From an uncultured Spirochaetaceae bacterium (lineage in GTDB: Bacteria; Spirochaetota; Spirochaetia; Sphaerochaetales; Sphaerochaetaceae): a stretch of DNA of 60,620 nucleotides. The position numbers were made by a program, and so were the translations under genes. The DNA lies in contig CAYWGU010000001.1 of the NCBI GenBank assembly GCA_964457975.1, positions 1-60,620 on the forward strand. Direction: 5' to 3'. Shown piece after piece: positions 48,673-57,387 of the stretch; position 1 is the first letter of the stretch; each line of letters opens with the position of its first letter. Below the pieces are notes generated by a model that saw only the letters and a list, made by a program, of their open reading frames with translations, ran no database searches and was not told the DNA's origin.

Positions 48673-49959
48673 ATGAATTTCAATTATTTATTAGAAAAAA
48701 TGAACCAGATTGTTGCTGGGGATCATATGGTACTTCTTTATGATGATAAAGATGTCAATATGAATATTAATGTAATAGCAACTTATATTATTTCAAGAAT
48801 AAATAAAAATGAAAAATGTTTTTACATCGACGGTGAAATTGATATTGAATTAATCCTAAATCGACTTCGGATTTCAATAGATGTAGATCAAGCAATTAAA
48901 AGTGGCCAGTTATCAATTTTAAGTAAAAATGATGCATATTCAAAAGAAGGAAAATTTGTTCCCAAAAAGATGATTTCTCTAATAAAAAAATTAGCATTAG
49001 ATGCGATTGAAGAAGGATATAATGCGTTTGCAATAACTGGTGAAATTAGTTGGGTATTAGATTATGAAGATGGGTTTGAACGAATTATGAATTATGAATA
49101 TCTATTAAATGATCAAATTTTTGGATTTTACCCTGTCTCAGCAATCTGCAGATACAATATCAATAAGTTTTCTAGTAAAATGATTAAAAATGTTATTGAA
49201 GTTCATCCAATTATTATATGGAATGGACAAGTTCATGAAAATCCATTTTATTTTAGCATTGTAAATACAGAGAATTTAGATATTCAAAAATTTCAAGTTG
49301 AATCAATGTTAAAAGCTATAGAGGAATTTACACATGTAAAAAGTCGATTCCGGGATAAAATTGAAATTCAAGAAAACAAATACCAGAAACTTCAATTAGA
49401 AGTATTACAAAACATGATTGTTACATTGACTGATTTGCTTGAAATTCACGATGTTTATACTAAGAACCATAGCCAAAAGGTTGCTACTATAGCTAGATTG
49501 ATTGCAGAAAAGATGGGGCTTTCACAGCAATCGATTTCTCAAATATATTACGCAGGATTAGTTCATGATATTGGTAAAGCTTTAATACCAAAATCTATAA
49601 TAAATAAAAACGAAAAACTAACATATGATGAGTATGAAATAGTAAAAACACATCCAACAATTGCTTATAAAGCATTAGTAAATTCCAAAGAGCTAAACTT
49701 TATTGCAAATATTGTTTTAGAGCATCATGAGCGTTGGGATGGTAAAGGTTATCCAAGTGGAATTAAAGGAGATGCTATTCGCTTAGAATCAAGAATTCTA
49801 GCTCTTGCAGATTCTTATGATGCTATGACTTCTGACCGTCCTTATCGCAAAGCCTTTACTACTCAAAAAGCAATTATTGAGATTAGAGAAAATGCAGGTA
49901 AACAATTTGACCCAAACATTGCAATATTTGCAATCGAGAATGTTTTTAATTTAATGTAA
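48673..49959 (+). CDS. HD-GYP domain c-di-GMP phosphodiesterase-like protein with an N-terminal MEDS-like sensory domain
   Basis: The HD-GYP motifs are HSQKVA, LVHDIGK, EHHERWDGKGYP and DSYDAMTSDRPYR. The N-terminal ~190 aa resemble MEDS (GDHMVLLYDD...EKCFYI). Confidence 0.75.
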   Translation: MNFNYLLEKMNQIVAGDHMVLLYDDKDVNMNINVIATYIISRINKNEKCFYIDGEIDIELILNRLRISIDVDQAIKSGQLSILSKNDAYSKEGKFVPKKMISLIKKLALDAIEEGYNAFAITGEISWVLDYEDGFERIMNYEYLLNDQIFGFYPVSAICRYNINKFSSKMIKNVIEVHPIIIWNGQVHENPFYFSIVNTENLDIQKFQVESMLKAIEEFTHVKSRFRDKIEIQENKYQKLQLEVLQNMIVTLTDLLEIHDVYTKNHSQKVATIARLIAEKMGLSQQSISQIYYAGLVHDIGKALIPKSIINKNEKLTYDEYEIVKTHPTIAYKALVNSKELNFIANIVLEHHERWDGKGYPSGIKGDAIRLESRILALADSYDAMTSDRPYRKAFTTQKAIIEIRENAGKQFDPNIAIFAIENVFNLM

Positions 49960-50150
49960 TTTATCACTGCTCACAACTTAAGCATAACCACCTTCAATTT
50001 TAGGTATTATCTCTCTCATTGAAGTTGTGTAGAGTATGTTTTTTGTTCTTTGTCCTTTGAGCGAACTTCCACGAATTAATCTATTATGGAAGAGTTTTTT
50101 ATTTGACTTTTGATATAGAAAGAAGTATTATATAAGTGCATTTTTATGCA

Positions 50151-50191
50151 AGGAAGAAACTCTTTTAGTCGAGAAGTTCTTCCTTTTTTTT
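50151..50191 (+). terminator. Hairpin plus T8 run in the HD-GYP / mannosidase spacer
   Basis: The stem AGGAAGAA/TTCTTCCT is directly followed by TTTTTTTT. It lies about 190 nt after the nearest upstream stop codon. Confidence 0.5.
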
Positions 50192-50394
50192 ATCCTTTTT
50201 TTGATTATTTCTTTTATTATAAGTGATAATTTTCAATAATGCAAAATCTTTATAATTTCTAAAAAACATGCAACGGAATCCTTAGATATTTCAAGAATAT
50301 TATGTTAGTCTATATTTGATTAAAAAACCAACGATACAATAGTAGTTTATGCTGTAAAAGGTTAAATTATAATAAAAAACAAGGAAAGTGAAAA

Positions 50395-52959
50395 ATGAAA
50401 GATACTAACTTAAATGGAAAATGGACAATGGTTTATGGAACACCAGAAGAAAAAGGAATTCTTTATAATAAAAAGTTTGAAAATAATTTAATTGGAAAAT
50501 CCTTTGATGCAATTGTACCAACTACCATGTATGAAGTACTTGAAAACAACAATGCTATAGACGATCCTTTCTTTGGAGAGAATGAAGCCAAATATACAGA
50601 ACTATCGAACATAAGTTGCAGTTTTAAAAGAAACTTCAATATTTCAAAGGAAGAATTTGATAATGATGTAATTGAATTATGTTTTGATGGACTTGATACT
50701 CTTTCAACTATTTTCTTAAACGGCGCAAAGATAGCCTTCACAGAGAACATGCATCTTGGATATAGTTTTTCAGTTAAAAAGTATTTATTAAAAGGTATAA
50801 ATAGCATTCAAGTTGATTTTGAATCTCCTGTTATGAATATGAGAGATAAATATGATAGAAAGCCTATTTGGACAACTGAGGTTGCCATGAAAGGTCATAG
50901 CTATTTAAGAAAATCTCATACACAATTTGGTTGGGACTGGGGTCCACAATTACCTGATATGGGTATATGGAAACCTGTTTGTCTAAAGATTTATAATACT
51001 GCAAAGATTGAAGATTATTATGTAGTTCAAAAACATCGCAGAGGTGGTAAAAGTGTTGATTTAGATATTTCATTAGATTTTATTATTCATGAATTTTCAA
51101 AATTACTTACTGCAAAAATCCAGGTAAAGGATGCTGAAAATAAAGTAATACTAACATCAAGCATTGATGTAAAAAGCAATAAAGAAAATGTAAAACTTAG
51201 TATTGAGAATCCAAAACTTTGGTGGCCCAACAATCTCGGTGAACAGTATCTATATGAAGTTTCAATTAAACTTTTTTTAAAAGAAGAAGTAATGGATTCA
51301 AAAAACTTTAAAATTGGTCTTAGAACACTAACCTTAGATCAAAGTCCACGTGAGAATGGTCGCAACTTTGCTTTTGTCTGCAACGGTGTTGAATTCTTTG
51401 CAATGGGTGCTAATTACATCCCACAGGATGCACTGGCAGCTAGAGGAGAGAATAAAGAAAAATTATCACATCTACTTGTTGATTGTAGCAGAGTAAACTA
51501 CAACTGCATACGAGTCTGGGGTGGTGGTACGTATGCAAGTGATTACTTCTATGATGAATGCGATAGACTTGGCCTTGTAGTATGGCAGGACATGATGTTC
51601 GCCTGTGGCATATATGATATGAGTGAGAGATTTACAAACTCTGTAAAAGAAGAAATAATTTACAATGTCAAACGTATAAGAAACCATGCAAGTTTGGGAC
51701 TTCTTTGCGGTAATAATGAGATGGAAGGAGCATTCGTCAATTCAAAGGGTTGGGGAATAACACGTACAGATAAACTGAATAAAGATTATCTTGACCTCTA
51801 TGAAAAGATGATTCCCGATATCATGGAAAAGCACAATCCAATAACTCAATATTGGCCATCCTCGCCAAGTAGCATTGGTGGATTCAATGATCCAGAAAAT
51901 GATGCAATTGGTGATGCTCACTACTGGGGAGTCTTCCATGGAAATGAGCATTACAAGGTATTCAGAAATCATTATCTACGTTTTGCAAGTGAATATGGAA
52001 TGGAAGCACTTCCTGATATGAAAACCATCAAGCAGTTTACAGCACCTGAAGATAGAAGTTTCTTATCAGCTGTAATGGATACTCATAATAAGGTTATAAA
52101 ACCATACAATGGAAATATAAAAGTACTATCAAATATTGCCCTTGAATTTAAAATTCCACAACAACTTGATGAACTCTCTTATGTCTCACAAGTATTCCAA
52201 GCGGAAACAATAAAGATAGCAGTAGAGCATTTTAGATCAAACAGAGGACGCTGCATGGGTTCTACCTACTGGCAGGTAAATGATGATTATCCTGTAATAT
52301 CTTGGTCCTCAATTGATTATTATGGTAGATGGAAGGCTCTTCATTATGTTGCAAAACGTTTCTACTCTCCTGTGATGCTTGCTTCTCGTGAGGATGGATT
52401 AAACTGTCATCTAACACTCTGCAATGAAAGGAAAACTCCTTTCACTGGAATTCTTGAGGCTGAAATTAGGGATAAGAATAGTAATGTTATAGAATCTGTA
52501 AAGATTGATATTAAAACACCAGCCTTCTCGGCTACAGAAATATCTACCATTTCGATTTCTAAATTAGTTGAAAAAAATGGCTCTGAATACAATGATTTAG
52601 TTCCATTAAATATATACAACAGAAAAGAGAGAGAGTACTTTGTTTCATTTAGATTAATTAATAATTATGGAAATGTTGTTTCAAGTGGTACTCAGTTATT
52701 CGCTTCTCATAAGTATTTTGCATTCAAAAAAGCTGATATCAAGGTAGTTGAAGGAACTACTGATAATGAAATTATAATCACATCTAATGTATTTACAAAG
52801 TCAATCATGCTAACAACTCTGAGTGAAGATGTCATTTTTGATGATAATTGCTTTGATTTATTACCTGGTGAGAATAAGGTAATTAAAGTAATAGAAGGCA
52901 AATTTAAAATTGCTGATTTAAAGATATATTGTATCAATAATACATCATCTATTTCATAA
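50395..52959 (+). CDS. GH2 beta-mannosidase
   Basis: It is ~850 aa with FDGLDT...IFLNG, the FGWDWGP motif characteristic of beta-mannosidases, and a catalytic NEMEG region. Confidence 0.8.
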   Translation: MKDTNLNGKWTMVYGTPEEKGILYNKKFENNLIGKSFDAIVPTTMYEVLENNNAIDDPFFGENEAKYTELSNISCSFKRNFNISKEEFDNDVIELCFDGLDTLSTIFLNGAKIAFTENMHLGYSFSVKKYLLKGINSIQVDFESPVMNMRDKYDRKPIWTTEVAMKGHSYLRKSHTQFGWDWGPQLPDMGIWKPVCLKIYNTAKIEDYYVVQKHRRGGKSVDLDISLDFIIHEFSKLLTAKIQVKDAENKVILTSSIDVKSNKENVKLSIENPKLWWPNNLGEQYLYEVSIKLFLKEEVMDSKNFKIGLRTLTLDQSPRENGRNFAFVCNGVEFFAMGANYIPQDALAARGENKEKLSHLLVDCSRVNYNCIRVWGGGTYASDYFYDECDRLGLVVWQDMMFACGIYDMSERFTNSVKEEIIYNVKRIRNHASLGLLCGNNEMEGAFVNSKGWGITRTDKLNKDYLDLYEKMIPDIMEKHNPITQYWPSSPSSIGGFNDPENDAIGDAHYWGVFHGNEHYKVFRNHYLRFASEYGMEALPDMKTIKQFTAPEDRSFLSAVMDTHNKVIKPYNGNIKVLSNIALEFKIPQQLDELSYVSQVFQAETIKIAVEHFRSNRGRCMGSTYWQVNDDYPVISWSSIDYYGRWKALHYVAKRFYSPVMLASREDGLNCHLTLCNERKTPFTGILEAEIRDKNSNVIESVKIDIKTPAFSATEISTISISKLVEKNGSEYNDLVPLNIYNRKEREYFVSFRLINNYGNVVSSGTQLFASHKYFAFKKADIKVVEGTTDNEIIITSNVFTKSIMLTTLSEDVIFDDNCFDLLPGENKVIKVIEGKFKIADLKIYCINNTSSIS

Positions 52960-52984
52960 AAAAACAAAATTGTAATTGTTAATA

Positions 52985-53022
52985 CAAAGGCAGAATCTAA
53001 ATTAGATTCTGCCTTTGTTTGC
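52985..53022. terminator. Bidirectional terminator hairpin
   Basis: A 14-bp perfect stem CAAAGGCAGAATCT/AGATTCTGCCTTTG has a 5-nt loop and flanking T/A runs. Confidence 0.75.
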
Positions 53023-53088
53023 TATTTATATTTAGTTAATAATTAAAAAGAATAACTGTATCATCTGGATTATATCTCAAATCTATAC

Positions 53089-53862
53089 TTACATATGAGG
53101 TATTCTGGAAGTATAAATTATTGAAAGGCAATCTTGTTGATAAAAAAGTTCTAAGGATGCTGTTTTATTAAGTTCTTGAGCGATTCTTATATAATGCTCT
53201 AATTTCCAAGGTGCTTTTTCGTTAAATGATATAGTACTTCCTTTAACATAATCATAAATAACTTTTCCTTCTTCATACATATGCAAATCATAACCAATGG
53301 TCATATTACCCAAGTCCTTAAAAATCGGATAATTTAACTTGATACCAACATTTATAATTCTAGCATTATACCAATCAGGATGATCTAAATTTATGCAAAA
53401 TCCATTTTTAATTACCCAATTCGGTGCAAACATATCAGGTCTTGCTCTTTTAATGTTTTTAGGAGCAAAATTTAATTCACGGTAAATCCTTAACTTAAAA
53501 GTAGGTTCATTAGAAAGGCCTATTGTATAGGCATTCATTCTAACATATTTATAAATTATCAAAAATTCATCAAAATCGGGATTATTTTTATAATCATGTT
53601 GTATAGACTTAAGGATTGAAACTCCATAATGGGAACAATAATGATGTCTATCGATTCTCATTGATAAAACATCTCCAATTCTTAATGTGTCACCTAAAAA
53701 GTAAATTCCATCATAGCCAATGTTATCATCAAAGCCACCTTGATAAAAATTTTACAATAAATCTTGCATTGAGATGTCAAATAATTTTGGACTTAGCCAA
53801 TTGTCGAAAGAAAAAGTGCTTCGAGCACGAGACATAGTTTCACCAAGTTTAACATCAACCAT
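53089..53862 (-). pseudogene. Hypothetical protein gene interrupted by an in-frame TAA (or a 190-aa ORF preceded by a 36-codon ORF)
   Basis: The ATG at 53862 opens MVDVKLGETMSRARSTFSFDNWLSPKLFDISMQDLL. A TAA follows at 53754-53752. The same frame then continues NFYQGGFDDNIGYDGIYFLGDTLRIGDVLS-MRIDRHH... into the 190-aa ORF. Confidence 0.4.
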
Positions 53863-54215
53863 TTTACCTACAGGATTAAGGGTTCTATCAAACTCCCAAA
53901 CTTGTATTAGTTTATATCAGTTGCATTTCTTTTATAGTTATCATGAAGTATTATATCTGGAAAACTTCGTAAAGATTAAAGAAATAAATATTAAAATTTA
54001 AAGTTCAAAAAATAGATTATAATTAATATTTAAGTAAAAGTTTATGAATTATAAGCAATAAAGTGTTTAAAGAAAGGATAAAGTTATACAAACAAATTTA
54101 ACAGTGCTGTTAATTATTAAAATTGAATTTAATTAACAATAGGTATTTTCCTATTAAGAAAAAGCATCCAGAAATTAGTAGGAATTATGCCAACTAATAC
54201 TACAGACATTACCTA

Positions 54216-54258
54216 TATATCCAATAATTGAATAATTATTGGATATAGCAGATTTTTT
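54216..54258 (+). terminator. Orphan strong hairpin plus T6 run
   Basis: A 14-bp perfect stem (54216-54229 / 54234-54247) has a GAAT loop, with TTTTTT at 53-58. No annotated plus-strand gene lies upstream. A 14-codon ORF (MPTNTTDITYISNN) ends inside the stem. Confidence 0.4.
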
Positions 54259-54336
54259 GTAGGAAATAAGAACTATACAGTACTTTTGATTTTTTTAATT
54301 AAGCGTAGGTGAGGTTTTATAATATATTTTTAATTT

Positions 54337-54372
54337 GGTTTTAAAACTAAAAAATTTAGTTTATTCGAATTA
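54337..54372 (+). repeat. Repeat A1: ~36-nt unit holding the hairpin AAACTAAA-AAA-TTTAGTTT, upstream of the GH13 gene
   Basis: It is similar by hand alignment (roughly 80%) to 56434-56470. The two units share the identical 8-bp stem. Confidence 0.6.
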
Positions 54373-54472
54373 AATATTACCTGCAGATACCAACATAAGC
54401 CCAAAGTACTTTATTAAAATGTATAAAGAATGTTAAATACTATTATACATTATATAAAATGAGGAATATAAA

Positions 54473-56317
54473 ATGAATGATTGGAAAATTATGCTAGATA
54501 GTGGAATTTCAAGTTTGTACGTAAAACCTTTATATCCTAAAAAAAATTCAGATATAACAGTGTCAATTAAAATAACAGAGAATGTTAGCAATATACATTT
54601 ATTTGTACGAAGTAATGGAACCTATGATAATAAAGATTGTTTTTTAAACCGAGAAGAAAATAAAGCTTATTGCACATTCAATACATTAAAAAATAATTAC
54701 ATTTATTATTATTTTGCTGTTAAGGTAGATGATGCTTATTACTATTATGGAAAATGTGGTTTACAGCAGGCTCTTATAAGTGAAAAAGATATGTTTTGTA
54801 TTAAAACTGATATAAAACCAGCATCCTGGGTTAGTGGCTCTACCTGTTATCAAATATTTCCTGATAGATTTCGTGATGGTGATAAATCACTTGATCCAAA
54901 AGATGGACTTTATGAATTTGATGGTGGTTCTGTTAAGAAGATGGAATTCGGTAATCCTCCTTTGAAGTTTGAGGAAGGACGATGTTTAGACTTTTTTGGT
55001 GGAGACCTTCAAGGTGTTATTGATAGCATTGATTACTTCAAAAGACTTGGTGTTAATTGCCTTTATTTAAATCCCATTGGTGTTAGTAAAACAACCCATA
55101 GGTATGATTGTGCTGATTTCTTCCATGTTGATGAAAAACTTGGGGGTGATGAGATGTTCATAAAGATGGTTGATGAATTACACAAATCTGGAATCAAGGT
55201 CATAATTGATATTTCAATCAATCATACAGGAACAGCCCATCCTTGGTTTATAAAAGCAACTGAAGATAAAAACTCCCAAGAAGCAAAATATTATTACATT
55301 GAAGAAAATGGAGAGGTTGCCTGTTGGGAAGGGGTTCCAACACTACCTCAATTAAATTATACAAATGAAGAACTAAGAGGATTAATTTATAAAAATGAAG
55401 ATAGTGTACTTAGAAAATTTATAAAAGAACCCTTCAATCAAGATGGCTGGAGATTGGATGTTGCTGAAGTTGTTGGTAGAAGAGGTGATGATCAATTAAC
55501 AGAAGAAATATGGAAAGAAGTCCATGATTGTGTTAAAAGTGATAGAGAAGATGCCTATTTAGTTGGAGAGGCTTGGAATGATGCAGCAGAATATCTTCAA
55601 GGAGATATGTGGGATGCTCAAATGAATTATGTTGGTTGTGGAAGAGCCCTTCGACGATGGATGGGAGAAAATGATAGATTTCTTCTTGATGGTTGGGGTA
55701 CAAATCCTGGAAAAAGCAAAGCCTATACAGCTATAGCATTAAAAGATCATCTAAAGGCTTACTTAGATACTCAACTATCACAGATGACTTTTTTTCAAAT
55801 GAATCTTTTTGATTCACATGATACACCACGCCTTCATAATAATACTGAGGTATACAATGAAGACATTTATAAAGGATGCGTAATGCTATCCTATATGTTA
55901 CCAGGAATGCCTTCCACTTATTATGGTGATGAAATTGGAATAGAGGGCTCATTAAACAGTGTTGAGATGTGGAGATATCCTATGCAATGGAATGAAGATA
56001 AGTGGAATAAATCTATCTTCAATACATACTGTGATTTAGGAGCTCTAAGATCAAGCAATTTAGATGTATTAGGTACTTCTTCCTGGTGTTTCTTGGATTG
56101 CGACAAAGATCATATGAGCTTTGTTAGATACAATGATAAAAAAGCAATCATTCTTATAATGAATAAAGGTGAGGGTGAATTCGTAATTGATCTAAAGCAT
56201 ATAAATGCCACTAAATTATCTGTAGAACTAGGGGATGGCACAGCACAATTAGAAGATCGGCTCATTAAATGCAACCTGCAAAAAAACAAAAGCATAATCA
56301 TTAAAGTCGAACTTTAA
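54473..56317 (+). CDS. GH13 alpha-glucosidase-type enzyme (neopullulanase / cyclomaltodextrinase / maltogenic amylase-like)
   Basis: It has YQIFPDRF, GGDLQG, DISINHTG, GWRLDVAEVV, VGEAW and FDSHDTPR, plus an N-terminal beta-domain. Confidence 0.85.
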   Translation: MNDWKIMLDSGISSLYVKPLYPKKNSDITVSIKITENVSNIHLFVRSNGTYDNKDCFLNREENKAYCTFNTLKNNYIYYYFAVKVDDAYYYYGKCGLQQALISEKDMFCIKTDIKPASWVSGSTCYQIFPDRFRDGDKSLDPKDGLYEFDGGSVKKMEFGNPPLKFEEGRCLDFFGGDLQGVIDSIDYFKRLGVNCLYLNPIGVSKTTHRYDCADFFHVDEKLGGDEMFIKMVDELHKSGIKVIIDISINHTGTAHPWFIKATEDKNSQEAKYYYIEENGEVACWEGVPTLPQLNYTNEELRGLIYKNEDSVLRKFIKEPFNQDGWRLDVAEVVGRRGDDQLTEEIWKEVHDCVKSDREDAYLVGEAWNDAAEYLQGDMWDAQMNYVGCGRALRRWMGENDRFLLDGWGTNPGKSKAYTAIALKDHLKAYLDTQLSQMTFFQMNLFDSHDTPRLHNNTEVYNEDIYKGCVMLSYMLPGMPSTYYGDEIGIEGSLNSVEMWRYPMQWNEDKWNKSIFNTYCDLGALRSSNLDVLGTSSWCFLDCDKDHMSFVRYNDKKAIILIMNKGEGEFVIDLKHINATKLSVELGDGTAQLEDRLIKCNLQKNKSIIIKVEL

Positions 56318-56433
56318 ATAATTTATACGAATCAAATAAAATTAGAGATATCTTGATGAACATGATTAATTGGTATCTTTAATTTTATGGAAAGTTGAAA
56401 TTGCATCATTCAATTCCGTAAGTATTATCCTAA

Positions 56434-56470
56434 GGTGATTTTAAACTAAAATATTTAGTTTTTACGATTA
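56434..56470 (+). repeat. Repeat A2: the same hairpin unit (AAACTAAA-ATA-TTTAGTTT) downstream of the GH13 gene
   Basis: See 54337-54372. It overlaps the stop codon of the convergent HxlR pseudogene and probably acts as a bidirectional terminator. Confidence 0.6.
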
Positions 56471-56767
56471 TTTTCTTTAAAGTACTCGTCACCAAATTTA
56501 TGCAGGGCTTCCAGGATTTCATAGAAATCCTGTCCAATGGGTGCAATTGAGTATTCAACTTTTGTAGGAATTTGATTGCATTGCCTTCTGTTAATTATTC
56601 TATACTTTTCTATTTTCTAAGTTGTCCTGCAAGGGTAGTTTGCGTTGGTATAATTAATCTACAAAGTTCATTTAATCTTTTTTTACTGATGAATATGCCA
56701 ATAAATTTAGTTTTTCAGTTTCAATTGTTTATAGTTATTAGACTTAGTTTTGAGTTTGTTTCTTCAT
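56455..56767 (-). pseudogene. HxlR-family winged-helix regulator, decayed
   Basis: The C-terminal frame reads EKYRIINRRQCNQIPTKVEYSIAPIGQDFYEILEALHKFGDEYF. The upstream part (IIPTQTTLAGQLRK*) is in another frame. The N-terminal third has several stops. Confidence 0.55.
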
Positions 56768-56779
56768 TTAATTAAAAAA

Positions 56780-56827
56780 GGTCATCTAAAATCCATATAT
56801 ATTAAGTATAATAAATTTTAAATGACC
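56780..56827 (-). terminator. Terminator of the cop operon
   Basis: On the minus strand the stem GGTCATTTAAAAT/ATTTTAGATGACC (12/13) is followed by TTTTTTAATT. Confidence 0.55.
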
Positions 56828-56860
56828 CGTATTTTTATAAAATTGCAATAAATATATGTA

Positions 56861-57058
56861 CTAGTCTATCTTTTCTGCATCGTAGCCCATCTCATCAAGT
56901 GCTTCAAAAACATCAAACAATTGTAACTTATCAGCTTCAACCTTTAAGGTTTTCTGGTTAAGATCAACTTCATGCTCAAGTTTTAATTTTTCAAGAGCCT
57001 CATTTATATTTTTTACACAGTGTTCACAGCTCATGTTACTTACTTTAATTGTTGTCAT
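56861..57058 (-). CDS. copZ: Copper chaperone, HMA domain
   Basis: It is 65 aa with the MSCEHC metal-binding motif and a ferredoxin-like fold pattern. Confidence 0.85.
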   Translation of the reverse strand: MTTIKVSNMSCEHCVKNINEALEKLKLEHEVDLNQKTLKVEADKLQLFDVFEALDEMGYDAEKID

Positions 57059-57068
57059 CTTTATATCC

Positions 57069-57371
57069 TTATTTCATTAGTCTTTTGACGGTTATCATTA
57101 ACTCATCAATTATTTCATCTTCATTACCATTCTTTATATTATTTACCACACATGTTTTTACATGATTGGTAAGCAATTCTTTGTTGAAAGCATTAAGGGC
57201 TGATTGTATGGCAGATACTTGAGTTAAAATATCAGTACAATAAACATCATTTTCAACCATTTTTTTAATGCCTCTCACTTGGCCCTCTATTCTATTCAAT
57301 CTGTTCAAAAGCGCCTTATATTCAGCTTCCTCTCGGTGCTTTGTTTTTCCACTTAATTTACAATCGTCCAT
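57069..57371 (-). CDS. csoR: CsoR-family copper-sensing repressor
   Basis: It has the RLNRIEGQVRGI core and the Cys-His-Cys ligand pattern (YC...H...C). Confidence 0.85.
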   Translation of the reverse strand: MDDCKLSGKTKHREEAEYKALLNRLNRIEGQVRGIKKMVENDVYCTDILTQVSAIQSALNAFNKELLTNHVKTCVVNNIKNGNEDEIIDELMITVKRLMK

Positions 57372-57387
57372 AATTACTCCTAATTTA

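Noticed and set aside
34721-53754. I considered whether the in-frame TGA/TAA codons in brnQ, the FGGY kinase and the 53089-53862 gene reflect stop-codon recoding, selenocysteine or an alternative genetic code.
   Set aside because: TAA and TGA terminate the intact genes throughout the window at the expected positions. The affected genes also carry frameshifts and an insertion, and no SECIS-like structure is evident. Ordinary pseudogenisation explains them.
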